Positions 38,393 to 52,000 of a stretch of DNA of 64,000 bases are shown here, piece after piece (within the stretch, counting starts at the first letter, position 1; every line of letters starts with the position of its first letter). The notes below the pieces were generated by a model. It did no database searches. It was not told where the DNA came from and worked only from the letters and a program-made list of their open reading frames with translations. Both the position numbers and the translations under genes were made by a program. The DNA comes from Takakia lepidozioides (Eukaryota; Plantae; Bryophyta): NCBI GenBank assembly GCA_030704615.1, contig CM060732.1:7254001-7318000 (forward strand). The letters are read 5' to 3'.

Positions 38393-38982
38393 CTGTTCAC
38401 ATCATTCATTGCCGTCAGAAGACCCATCATGTTCCCATCGCAATCCAGCACCATCGATCGAACACAGTAATGCCACTCTTCCTCCTGTGAGTGCAGCCTC
38501 CCAATGACAGCCATCCATGCAATCAACCGGTGGTTGTCATCCCATACGTGAAACATCTTCCCTGAGAATGCCTGGGTCGAAGGTTTCCTGGAGAGAAGGA
38601 GTTCAAAAGATTCGTTCACCTGTCTCCAAATGGGATCCCAAGAGTCCACGATTGACTCATCCACAAGGAGCTCATTGCCTTTGGAATCCCTAGTAGAAAC
38701 GTAAAAGACTGCGGATCCATCCAAATACCCATGAACAAACTCTCCCTCCAGCTTTTGGATGTCATTCATGAGGGGTGGAAGAACAACGGGCATGGAAACC
38801 AACCTACACAGGGGAATTTTAAACCTCCCACCCGGGGCAAGCATACTTTGCACCACAAGCTGAGAGTTTACCTTCTGACCCCCCAGCATCTCAGCGGCTT
38901 TGCTTTCATAGAACTCATCGTCCACATCAGCAATGATCTCCTTCCCCTCCCCCGAAGGGTTCTCATCCGCCACCCTTTGCAT
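38393..38982 (-). pseudogene. ParB-MTase cargo gene copy B, 5' exon (ParB/Srx-like domain)
   Basis: FKIPLCRLVS..GY.DGSAVFYVS..SGKMFHVWDDNHRLIAW..WHYCV aligns with copy A (LRIPLCRLVS..GSAVFYVS..SGKMFYVWDGNHRLLAW). The donor at 38392 joins the acceptor at 10270 in frame. Confidence 0.8.
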
Positions 38983-39049
38983 CTTCTCTTGCAGGGTTGT
39001 TCATTCAAATTGATATAAGAGAGAGACAAGAATCGATGGTGTTTTGAGC

Positions 39050-42000
39050 ATGGCAAACAAGCCCTGTGTGGCCCAATTTCACATCAGAAAACAAGCAGAG
39101 AGGGGGGCCAAAAACAGTGTGCGTTGCCACACATTGTTTGAGCTTCCAATAATGGGTGATTTGAACATGGCACAGTGGCCCTCAGTGGCTAATTTTCAAA
39201 TCAAAAAACAGGCAGAGAGTGGGGCTCAGAAAGTGTGCGTTGCCGCACCCTGCTTGAGATTCCAAATAGGGGTGTTTTGAACATGACATTTGGCCCTATG
39301 TGGCACATTTCGACATAAAAAAAGAAGGCAGAGAAGGGGCCAAAAACAGTGTGCGTTGCCGCACACTATTTGAGATTTCAAATAGGGTTGAGCTGAAAAT
39401 GGCATACTAGCCCTGAGTGGCCGATTTTCAAATCAAAAAACGGGCAGTGAGGGGGGGCACAAACAGTATGCGTTGCCCCACATTGTTTGTGCTTCCAACT
39501 ATGGGTGTTTTGAGCATGCATACTGGCCATGTGTGGCCCAATTTCACATCAAAAAACAAGCAGAGAGGGGCCCGAAACAGTGTGCGTTGCCGCATACTAT
39601 TTGAGCTTCCAATAAGGGGTGTTTACAACCTACTAGAATGGGCCTTAAATGGTTGTTTTGCACATCAAAAAACAAGTACAAAAGGGGGCTCAAACAGTGT
39701 GCGTTGCCGCACACTGTTTGAGCTTCCAAATAGGGGTGGAATGAACCTTACAGAGAGTGCCCCTGTGTGCACGATTTTCACATGAAAAAAACAATGACAA
39801 GGGGGGCTCAAACAGTGTGCATTGACGCACATTGTTTGAGCTGCCAGGTAAGTGTGGATTGAACCTGACAGAGATGCCCTATGTGGCCGGATTTAACATG
39901 AAAAAAACAATGAGAAGGAGGCTCAAACAGTGTGCATTGACGCACACTGTTTGAGCTTCAAAATAGGGGTGGATTGAACCATACAGAGAGGCCCTATGTG
40001 CACGATTTTCCCACCAAAAAACATGGAAAAAGGGGGGCTCAAATAGTGTGTGTTGACATACACAGTTTGAGCTGCCAGGTAAGTGTGGATTGAAACTGAC
40101 AGAGATGCCATTTGTGGCCGATTTTAACATGAAAAAAACAATGAGAAGGGGGCTCAAACAGTGTGCGTTGACGCACACTGTTTGAGCTTCGAAATAGGTG
40201 TGGATTGAACCAGACAGAGAGGCCCTGTGTGCACAATTTTGACACCAAAAAACAAGGCAAAAGGGGTGCTCAAACAGTGTGCGTTGACCCACACTTTTTG
40301 AGCTGCTAGGTAAGTGTGGATTGAACCTCACAGAGATGCCCTTTGTGGCCGATTTTAATATGAAAAAATAATGTCAAGTGGGGGCTCAAATAGTGTGTGT
40401 TGCCGCACATTGTTTGAGCTTCCAAATAGGGGAGGAATGAAGCTTACAGAGAGGCCCCTGTGCGCAGGATTTGCACATGAAAAAAACTATGACAAGGGGG
40501 GCTCAAACAGTGTGCGTTGACACACACTATTTGAGCTGCCAGGTAAGTGTGGATTGAACCTGACAGAGACGCCACATGTGGCCGGTTTTAACATGAAAAA
40601 AACAATGAGAAGGGGGCTCAAACAGTGTGCGTTGACGTACACTGTTTGAGCTTCGAAATAGGGGTGGATTGAACCAGACAGAGAGGCCCTGTGTGCACGA
40701 TTTTCACACCAAAAAATGAAGAAAAGGGGGGCTCAAACAGTGTGCGTTGACGAACACTGTTTGAGCTGCTAGGTAAGTGTCGGTTGAAACTCACAGAGAT
40801 GCTCTTTGTGGCCGATTTTAACATGAAAAAAACAATGAGAAGGGGGGCTCAAACAGTGTGCGTTGACGCACATTGTTTGAGCTTCGAAAAAGGGGTGGAT
40901 TGAACCAGACAGAGAGGCCCTGTGTGCGCGATTTTCACACCAAAAAACAAGGAAAAATGGGTGCTCAAACAGTGTGCGTTGCCGCACACTGTTTGAGCTT
41001 CCAAATAGGGGTGGAATGAACCTCACAAAGAGGCCCTTGTGTGCAGGATTTGCACATGGAAAAAACTATGACAAGGGGGCTCAAACAGTGTGCGTTGACG
41101 CAGACTGTTTGAGCTTCGATATAGGGGTGGATTGATCCACATAGATAGGTCCTGTGTGCACGATTTTCACACCAAAAAACAAGGCAAAATGAGTGCTCAA
41201 ACAGTGTGCGTTGATGCACTCTACTTGAGCTGCCAGATAAGTGTGGATTGAACCTGATAGAGATGCCCTTTGTGGCTGATTTTAACATGAAAAAAACAAT
41301 AACAAGGGGGGCTCAAATAGTGTGCATTGACGCACATTGTTTGAGCTGCCAGGTAAGTGTGGATTGAACCTGACAGAGATGCCCTATGTGGCCGGATTTA
41401 ACATGAAAAAAACAATGAGAAGGAGGCTCAAACAGTGTGCGTTGACGCACACTGTTTGAGCTTCAAAATAGGGGTGGATTGAACCATACAGAGAGGCCCT
41501 ATGTGCACGATTTTCCCACCAAAAAACATGGAAAAAGGGGGGCTCAAACAATGTGTGTTGACATACACAGTTTGAGCTGCCAGGTAAGTGTGGATTGAAA
41601 CTGACAGAGATGCCATTTGTGGCCGATTTTAACATGAAAAAAACAATGAGAAGGGGGGCTCAAACAGTGTGCGTTGACGCACATTGTTTGAGCTTCAAAA
41701 TAGGGGTGGATTAAACCAGACAGAGAGGCCCTGTGTGCACAATTTCGACACCAAAAAACAAGGCAAAATGGGTGCTCAAACAGTGTGCGTTGATGCACAC
41801 TGTTTGGGCTGCCAGGTAAGTGTGGATTGAACCTGACAGAGATGCCATTTGTGGCCGATTTTAACATGAAAAAATAATGTCAAGTGGGGGCTCAAATAGT
41901 GTGCGTTGCCGCACACTGTTTGAGCTTCGAAATAGGGGAGGAATGAACCTTACAGAGAGGCCCCTGTGTGCAGGATTGGCACATGAAAAAATCTATGACA

Positions 42001-45000
42001 AGGGGGGCTCAAATAGTGTGCGTTGACGTACACTGTTTGAGCTTCGAAATAAGGGTGGATTGATCCACACAGATAGGCCCTGTGTGCACGATTTTAACAC
42101 CAAAAAGCAAGGCAAAAGGGGTGCTCAAACGGTGTGCGTTGACGCACTCTGTTTGAGCTGCCAGATAAGTGTGGATTGAACCTGAAAGAGATGCCTTTTG
42201 TGGCCGATTTTAACATGAAAAAAACAATGACAAGGGGGGCTCAAACAGTGTGCGTTGACAAACATTGTTTGAGCTGCCAGGTAAGTGAGGATTGAACCTG
42301 ACAGAGATGCCATATGTCGCCGGTTTTAACATGAAAAAAACAATGAGAAAGGGGCTCAAACAGTGTGCGTTGACGGACATTGTTTGAGCTTCGAAATAGG
42401 GGTGGATTGAACCAGACACAGAGGCCCTGTGTGCAAGATTTTCACACCAAAAAATGAAGAAAATGGGGGCTCAAACAGTGTGCGTTGACGAACAGTGTTT
42501 GAGCTGCTAGGTAAGTGTCGATTGAAACTCATAGAGTGGCTCTTTGTGGCCGATTTTAACATGAAAAAAACAATGAGAAGGGGGGCTCAAACAGTGTGCG
42601 TTGACGCACATTGTTTGAGCTTCGAAATAGGGGTGGATTGAACCAGACAGAGAGGCCCTGTGTGCACAATTTTCACACCAAAAAATAAGGAAAAATGGGT
42701 GCTCAAACAGTGTGCGTTGACGCACACTGTTTGAGCTCCCAGGTAAGTGTGGATTGAACTTCATAGAGATGCCCTTTGTGACCGATTTCAACATGAAAAA
42801 ATAATGTCAAGTGGGGCCCAAACAGTGTGCGTTGCCGCACACTGTTTGAGCTTCGAAATAGGGGTGGAATGAACCTCACAGAGAGGCCCTTGTGTGCAGG
42901 ATTTGCACATGGAAAAAACTATTACAAGGGGGGCTCAAATAGTGTGCGTTGACGCAGACTGTTTGAGCTTCGATATAAGGGTGCATTGATCCACAGAGAT
43001 AGGCCCTCTGTGCACGATTTTCACACCAAAAAACAAGGCAAAATGAGTGCTCAAACAGTGTGCGTTGACGCACTCTGTTTGTGCTGCCAGGTAAGTGTGG
43101 ATTGAACCTGACAGAGATGCCATTTGTGGCCGATTTTAACATGAAAGAAACAATGACAAGGGGGGCTCAAATAGTGTGCGTTGACACACACTGTTTGAGC
43201 TGCCAGGTTAGTGTGGATTGAACCTGACAGAGATGCCCTATGTCGCCGGTTTTAACATGAAAAAAACAAAAAGAAGGGGCTCAAAGAGTGTGCGTTGACG
43301 CACACTGTTTGAGCTTCGAAATAGGGGTGGATTGAACCAGACAGAGAGGCCCTGTGTGCACATTTTTCACACCAAAAAACAAGGAAAAGGGGGGCTCAAA
43401 CAGTGTGCGTTGACGAACACTGTTTGAGCTGCAAGGTAAGTGTGGATTGAAGCTAACAGAGATGCCCTTTGTGGCCGATTTTAACATGAAAAAAACACTG
43501 AGAAGGGGGGCTCAAACAGTGTGCGTTGACGCACACTGTTTGAGCCTCGAAATAGGGGTGGATTGAACCAAACAGAGAGGCCATGTATGCACGATTTTCA
43601 CACCAAAAAACAAGGCAAAAGGGGTGCTCAAACAGTGTGCAATGACGCATACTGTTTGAGCTGTCAGGTAAGTGTGGTTTGAACCTGATAGAGATGCCAT
43701 TTGTGGCCGATGTTAACATGAAAAAAACAATGAGAAGGGGGGCTCAAAGAGTGTGCGTTGACGCACACTGTTTGAGCTTCACAATAGGTGTGGATTGAAC
43801 CAGGCAGAGAGGGCCTGTGTGCACAATTTTCACACCAAAAAACAAGCCAAAAAGGGTGCTCAAACAGTGTGCGTTGACGCACACTATTTGAGCTGCCACG
43901 TAAGTGTGGAATGAACCTGACAAAGATGCCCTTTTTGGCCGATATAACATGAAAAAATAATGTCAAGTGGGGGCTCAAATAGTGTGTGTTGCCGCACACT
44001 GTTTGAGCTTCCAAATAGGGATGGAATGAACCTTACAGAGTGGCCTCTGTGTGCAGGATTTTCACTTGAAAAAAACTATGACAAGGGGTCCTCAAATAGT
44101 GTGCGTTGACGCACACAGTTTGAGCTTCTTAATAGGGGTGGATTTAACTAGACAGATAGGCCATATGTGCACGATTTGCATACTAAAAAACAAGGCCAGG
44201 TAAGTGTGGATTGAACCTGACAGAGATGCCCTTTGTGGCCTATTTTAACACGAAAAAAAACAGTGTCAAGGGGGCTCAAACATTGTGCGTTGACGCACAC
44301 AGTTTGAGCTGCCACGTAAGTGTGGATTTAACCTGACAGAGATGCCCTGTGTGGCCGGTTTTAACATGAAAAAAACAATGAGAAGGGGGGGTTAACAGTG
44401 TGCGTTGACGAATACTGTTTGAGCTGCCAGGTAAGTGTGGATTGAAACTAACAGATATGCCCTTTGTGGCCGATTTTAACATGAAAAAAACAATGAGAAG
44501 GGGGGCTCAAACAGTGTGCGTTGACGCACATTGTTTGAGGGTGGATTGAACCAGACAGAGAGGCCGTGTGTGCACGATTTTCACACTAATAAACAAGGAA
44601 AAAGGGGGGCTCAAACAGTGTGCGTTGACGCACACTGTTTGAGCTGCCAGGTAATTGTGGATTGAAACTGACAGAGTTGCCCGTTGTGGCCAATTTTAAC
44701 ATGAAAAAAACAATGAGAAGGGGGGCTCAAACAGTGTGCGTTGACGCACACTGTTTGAGCTTCGAAATAGGGGTGGATTGAACCAGACAGAGAGGCCCTG
44801 TGTGCACGATTTTCACACCAAAAAACAAGCCAAAAGGGGTGCTCAAACAGTGTGCGTTGACGCACACTGTTTGAGCTTCCAAATAGGGGTGGAATGAACC
44901 TTACAGAGAGGCCCCTGTGTGCAGGATTTTCACATGAAAAAAACTATGACAAGGGGGGCTCAAACAGTGTGCGTTGACGCACACTGTTTGAGCTTTGAAA

Positions 45001-45520
45001 TATGGGAGGATTGAACCAGACAGATAGGCCCTGTGTGCACGATTGTCACACCAAAAAACTAGGCAAAAGGGGTGCTCAAACAGTGTGCTTTGCCGCACAC
45101 TGTTTGAGCTGCCAGGTAAGTGTGGATTGAACTTGACAGAGATGCCCTTTGTGGCCGATTTTAACATGAAAAATAATGTTAAGTGGGGGCTCAAATAGTG
45201 TGCGTTGCCGCACACTGTTTGAGCTTCTAAATAGTGTTGGATTGAACCCGACAGAAAGGCCCGTTTGTGGCCAATTTTCGTATAAAAAAACAAGCACAAA
45301 GTTGGGGCTCAAGCAGTGTGCGTTGCCGCACACTGTTTGAGCTTTTAATACTGGTGGATTGAACCAGACAGAGATGCCGTATGTAGGCGATTTTTTTTAT
45401 CAAAAGACAAGCATAAATGGGGTCCCAAACTGTGTGCGTTGCCGCACACTGTTTGAGATTCCAATCAGTGGTGGATTAAACCAGACAGAGAGGCCCAAAT
45501 TGGCCGATTTTCACATCAAA
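39050..45520. repeat. Satellite-like array, ~116-bp unit, ~55 copies, each with a 36-bp palindrome GCTCAAACAGTGTGCGT-TG-ACGCACACTGTTTGAGC
   Basis: The core recurs at ~39690, 39807, 39922, 40038, 40153, 40269 and so on. Two main subtypes alternate, and higher-order duplications occur at offsets 1505 and 1738. Confidence 0.96.
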
Positions 45521-48500
45521 AATGAAGCATAAGGAGGCAGTGGGTATGCGGATGAGGGCAATAATTTCCACTTGTTGCCTCCTGGGATAGAGGGGAGTGA
45601 CTCAGACGAGAGACATAGGATACTGCAGACCCTGTCAGAAATAAACGAAAAGAAAAGCAGGGGAATAGATTGAGTGTGCAGTGGGTGACTTATAGGGAAG
45701 GATATTGATAGGAAGGGAGCTGGTGTCAGGGAAGGCAGCAGAGTTGTGACTGGGTGGAGGGGCCCGGCGTGTTGTTGAGAGGCTTCTGGCAACTGCTGCG
45801 TGAAGAATTGCGAGATCTGGAGGTCGGAGGAGCTTGAGGTCGACCAAGAGTCCATGGGGACGTAACTGGGGTTGCCATAGTCTTCAATTCTCTTTCGATC
45901 GATTTCGTCATTCTGCGCTTCAATTTCCATGTCCAGATAGGCCTTGAGAACTGTGAAGGCGTTGCCTAGGGTGTCGTTGGACCTGGTTAAGACCTTGCTT
46001 GGGGTGTAAGGACCTTCAAAGCGGTCAGCCTCTGCCCATACCCCTGGAAGAGTGGTTCCAGTTTGAAGAAGCTGGTTTTCGTCCATGAGAGCCATAATAT
46101 TGGTATTAGGAGATAGATCTTGACAAAGCCCAGGGAAGGCCTCGACGTGCCACAACTTCATGCACGGCAGCGCCCTCTAACATGGTGAATCTTCCGGCCA
46201 ATTGCTGAACTCCATAATTGTGAACGCCATTTGGAGTCTTTGTGGTTGTGGGCAATTTGGCATTGTTCATGTGGCGGAAAGCATGTTCTTCTGCAGGAGC
46301 TGCACCAGCCTGGACATTGCGCTGGACTGCAGCCCGCATATAGTCATGCCCATGCACATGTGCAGGTTGTACTTAGAATGTATTGTCGTGGAAGTGATCA
46401 ACAAACTTACATGAATGCTGCCATGCATCAAGAGACTTTGTCCAGAACGCCCAAATGCCAATTTTTCCACATCGCATGCATTAGTGCACAGTGCTCGAAA
46501 CCCCATGCAGGCCAAGGCAGTGGCTTCATGTATGGCATCATCCATGACAGTGTGTTCATCACCTGCTCGAGAAGGGTTGCGTTTCCAAGTATTACAAAGA
46601 AGATGAAAAAGAAGCCAAACCATACTCTATTTTCTGCAAGTATCCCCCCCCCCCCCCCCCCCCCTTCCTTCCTTTTCCAGAACAACAATGCGATGCAAAT
46701 AAACAGCCAACATGTGTTTTTTCCGACTATCCAAAAACCGTCAAAACAGTATCCATTGACGTCATAATCTGGAATGACATGACATTTTACAGAGCAATAT
46801 ATATACATGAACTTAATGTGCAGGCAGGAGACAATGGAGCAATTTACACACAGGTTTGACTAAATTTGCTGTGCCGCTGACTGCAAAAAACAGAAAGAAA
46901 GACATCCATGTACAAGGAGGATTGTTGGAGACTGCCAGGAATCTTTATGTTTCCCAAACCCATTATGTTGCATCAATCCGTACCTCCAGGGGCGGTGAAA
47001 GCCACCGACGAATTGTCGTGAAGCCATCCAGTGTCGTCAGTTACAAAGCTCCACGCCATCACCCATCACGGAGAGAAGAAACGCCCCGCTATTTCAGCGA
47101 ATCAAAAACATACTTGCATGCGTGTGCATTTGATGTCGACTGAGACCTGGAGAGAGAATTGCCACAAAAATTGCAGGTCCATGAGATGAAATTGTGCGCA
47201 GAAAAAAGAAGATAGTTATGGATTGCAGTGTGCACTTTGGGAAATTTCTGGCACGCAGATTGTCGCAGCAATTTGTGCTTCACCCCTGATGTCCCAAGCA
47301 TATGTTGCAAAACTGACGGCAGGAGAGACGAACGCAGGCTAGCGAGACAGTTTCGGGCCTAACGCATCCAACCACTTTCAAACAGATGAGGACGTATACC
47401 ACGGAAAAACCTGAAATGGACGGTTTCACTCCGAATGTCGCATTCCCAGACAAAAAACGGCAGAAATGCAAAATGAAAGCATGAATGATGTCAATATATT
47501 GTGCGCCCACAATTTCATGGCCAAGTAATGTGGACGCGTACTGCCACCAATATAATTATGAAGACCCCTCCCTCTATGTACCAGACATTCCACGAACCCA
47601 AAACATTTTTTCATGCCTAAGGAACAACAACGTCTGAGGAGAGTGACATGTCGGTGAAGAAAGAACAAACGTACATGTTGTTTGGAAGAGCAATGCAATG
47701 CTAAACCGTAAGAGGGAAGCTTCCAATTGAAGACATCAATGCACATACAGCCGGCGGGAACATCCGCCGATTTTTTTTGGGAAATTTGAAATTCAAATTT
47801 TCGTAAACCCTAAGCATGTCTTCGCAGGCACGTCATGTATGGCATTCAGTAGGATTCAGAGTATGCATGGGCATGAGCATGCATGGGGGGCATGGTGGGC
47901 ATGGGGGGCCATTTGGTCATGTGCTGCAATTCATGTAGTTATGTAGTTCACCGCGGTGGTGCGAGCGACCGCGGAGGGGGATGGGCACCGACGAGGGCCG
48001 GGGGTGAGGGCGCTGACAGGGTGTCAGGGCATTCAACTCCCCGGGCACTTCTATTACTTGGCGGCTATCCAGTGTTAGAGGGACCTATTAAGCACCAGCT
48101 AGGGGAGGCGAATGTGGCATAGCATTCTAGGATTGTAGGCTTAGAATGTGTGTTGGACAGCGATGTATATTGTGGCACGATGCTTAGGTGCACGAGAGCT
48201 ATCATGGTTAACTCGAATTACCTACTTCTAATTAATTAGGACATTTCGGATGTTAGGACTTCATTTGGTCTCATATGCCAAGTGAGGTGTCAAGCCTCAC
48301 TTGGGATGTGGGGATAGGGTTTCCTTTTGTGAGGATTGAGGAAGCTCATCTTCTTATAAGGTAAGTTGGCCTATGACTGAACAGGCGTCTATGACCGAAT
48401 ACCCCAATACCCCATTAGGCTTACCTATGACCATGGGGTGCTGGTCCCAAGACTGTCCATTTTTTGCCACTTGATAAACAATCATTTGATATACCACCCC

Positions 48501-49092
48501 CGCCCACCCCCCCCCCCCCAACAAAAGTGTGATTGGTCATAGGGCTCTTGGTGTATACAAGCATTCTGATTGGTTCGACTTTGAAACCCTAGAACTTTGT
48601 GTAGGATTCATGAAATCAAATAGTTCGAAGTTTGTAGGTTGCCCCATATGTGGGACACCTTATGAAATTTACCTAAGGTAAAAATGACAAAAATTCACCG
48701 TTAGATTTTTCACCATCATTATTTGAATGGTCATAGGCCAACATACCCTAGTTGAGCCTCTATGAGCTTCTCTCGCCTCCATAGCTCTAGGTGTTGAGAG
48801 GGAGTGTGTCGAGGGCTTTGTAAGGTGAATTCCTTTAGCAAAGATGCCCTTGGCTTGACTTAGTTTAAATGGTAGAGTAGCTTCATCTCTTTTCACATCT
48901 CTTATTGTTGTGGCATAGCTTTCTAGGATGACATTTGTACAGTTTCCACAACACCCAAAGTTGACATCAGATAGAGGCCAGGAGCACAAAGAGTGACACT
49001 ATTTACATAATCGAGTTTATGAGCAGGGTAACAGTGCATGTTGCAATTATCTAGGACTTAAGATAGAAGCTATGGGAACCGACAACAGCCGT

Positions 49093-52000
49093 CTACAAAG
49101 CCATTTCAGCTTGCAAAGCTGCAAGCTCATCATCCTCTGCAGGGGCCTCAGGTGGGGGCGTAGAAGTGCGCCCTGATGGAGCTGCCGAGGCCGTTCTATG
49201 TGGTAAACGAACTGAATCTCGGTCGGCAGGGGTGGCTTCAGGGGTGGGTGCCAAAAACTGCTCATCTAATTCAGCACCCTCCAACTCCTCCAGCTCAGCT
49301 TCCAGCTCATCCTGTACATGAAACATTGCACCCCCAGAAAGAAAAAGGGTTAAGAAATTTCCAGTTACAATCTTCAATGTGACAGAGAGTAGTTACCTAT
49401 TGACACAATTGCAGGGTTGTTATTGAGTCCATACTTCTCGAGGTTTCTCCAAATATGTGAATACGAGGGGTTTCCATTCTCTCCCCAGGTGATGACATCG
49501 ACGTTCTATCAATTGCAGATTTGTTACTGAGTTCATACTTTTCCTCCTTGAGAATTCCTCACACCTGTATGTTATCAGGGGTTTGATCCATTCTCCCTCC
49601 AGTAAGTGATGACAGCATAGAATGCCATCTCCTCACATGCAAGTTCTGACTCAGAGGGCTTCAAAACTGATTTTTCCCTTGCAATGATTAAACATAAGAT
49701 CCCCATCCTGAGAAGCAGAGTACCCATGCAAGTCCCCATTCTCACATACAAGCTTGCTGGGTAATTGGGCACACAAGAGGGGGAACTGAGTACTCAAATG
49801 TGGTTGCCAAAGCCTTGTGGCTGTAGACACTGTAGTTTCTTTTGATGCAGCAGAGAGAAGGGGGAGAGAAGGGAAGGGAAAAGGAAAAACAAGAAGACTG
49901 TTGGACATCACTTAAGGCTGCTCCACTAATTGGAACATCAAATAGGATGCAAAACAGAAACAGTCAACTTTGGGCAGACAAGAAGAGAGGGTTACCTCAT
50001 CAAAGTCAGCTGCAGCACCCATGGGGGTCGACAGGGCCTCTTGGATTTGCTTCATGTTCTCTGTCTGCTCATTTATGTCATCCATTGTCTTGTCAACGTC
50101 ATCTATGTTCCTGTCTCATCAAACAACACCAGCAGATCCTCAACTTCCCAACTTCCCAAGTTTATTTGTCTCCACTTGCTAACCGAGTCCTCAAAACGGA
50201 AGTCCTCTACACCTCTTGTCTCCTCCCCCCTCTCTCTCCCATCTCTTTCCCTGTGTCCCTTCCTGCCTTCCAAAGACGGTCAGTGTCATAAAAATGGCAC
50301 CTACACCGAGAAACACTAGTCTAACAGATAGCCATCAAGTGCAAACTATCAGCCTTGAATGAGGCACAGCATACACTGTGGCTAGCAAACCTGAGTAAGA
50401 AAGTGAAAAATGATGAGGCACAAGGAAGGAATTAAAGAAAGAAAGAGGGCATGGATCATACATGGACTTTTGGATGGCTTTCATTGCTGATGCACCACTG
50501 CGGAGGGCATCCACAGTTTCAGTTGTAGCCTTTGCTCCTTCCAGCATTATCATCTGTTCCCCATGCAGATTGTCTGGTAAGATATCGACCCACCCCTTCC
50601 CTTGGTTACACGCCTCTCAATTCCCTTTCTGTTTTCGTTCAATCCCTCACTCCCTCAATTCCCACTCTGTTTAATACATCCAAAGATGCAACAGCACTAT
50701 GGCAATGTTCCCAATCTGACCCTAGACATGTCTCAAGAGTCATCATGGCTTTTCACATGTACCCTACCAACATGGGGAAATGGCAGAACCAAGAATCAAG
50801 AAACCCGTGTACATTCACCATCGTTGATGCCTCTCAAAATGGTCCACTGGAGATGTGCGGGATATTATGCAGTGCATTCTGTGGGTTTCTTGTCAGCTGA
50901 ACTTTTCATGCACCAACGTTCTGTTAAGGAGCAACCTATAGCTTGCAAGTAATCACAAACACAGAGCTCAGCTTCCAGATTTTGGCCACCTGGTGCATAC
51001 AGTTTGGCTGCAAAGCAAAACCCAAGACATGACCAAACTCAGCCCGTCATATGGGGGCTCCACATACATGCCAAATTCATGTCTGCATGGAAGCACTTGC
51101 ACATTGTAGGAGTATCGTTGAGTAATTCTGGGTTCCAAGGCCAATCCTGCAGACTTCCACATAAGGCATGCATACGGTGCCTCTCTCTCTCTCTCTCTCT
51201 CTCTCTGAGGCCCTAGTTCTCCTCTTTAACCTTATCTGGAAGACTGAAATGATCCGCTTTCGCTGGCGACAGGGGGTCATTGTCAATCTATACAAGAAGG
51301 GTGACAGAGAAGAACCGGGGAACTACCGTGGCATCACGCTCCTCAATGCTGTTGGCAAGACATTCTGCAGAGTTATAAGTACTCGTCTCGAGGTTGATCT
51401 GGAGTCTAGAGGTTGTTTCCACGAAGGCCAAGCTGGCTTTCGGCGAAACAGGGGCTGTGTGGATCATATCTTCACTCTAAGCCAGATTATCCAGGGAAGG
51501 AAAAAAGAAGGGAAACCCACTTATGTCTTTTTCCTGGATGTCAAAAAGGCTTATGACACAGTGTGGAGAGATGGCCTATGGTTCCGCCTCTGGTCTTGTG
51601 GGATCAAGGGAAAGATGTGGAGGGTTGTCCACAACTTGTATGCTCACACCAAAAGCTGTGTCACTGTTAACGGACAGAAGTCCAACTTCTTTGACATAGA
51701 CCAAGGTGTAGCTCACGGATGTACTCTCTCCCCTCTGCTCTTCAATGTTTTCATCAATCAACTCCTCGAGGATGTGGAAAGTGAGGGATTTGGGTTAAGG
51801 GTGGGTGATACCACCATACCAGCCCTTATGTTTGCGGATGACTTTGCAGGCATAGGGGAGACTCCAACCAATCTCCAGGAGTTGATTGATTGCGTGAAGA
51901 GATACTTTGATCTTTGAGGGCTAGAGGCTAATGTCACAAATGTGCAGTGGTAGCATTCAACGACAGAGGAGAGGGAGGAAGTGATCTTAAGTGGCAGTGG

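Noticed and set aside
39417-45333. Repeated short ORFs (MLKSATKGIS...) in the 116-bp array
   Set aside because: Translations of satellite monomers with frequent indels and no consistent frame.
39050-45520. CRISPR array (36-bp palindromic repeats at regular spacing)
   Set aside because: The ~80-bp intervening sequences are homologous to each other rather than unique spacers, there are no cas genes, and the context is eukaryotic.
48350-48990. Possible DNA-transposon remnant (CCTATGAC repeats and a short minus-strand ORF)
   Set aside because: No partner TIR, TSD or diagnostic catalytic motif is visible.
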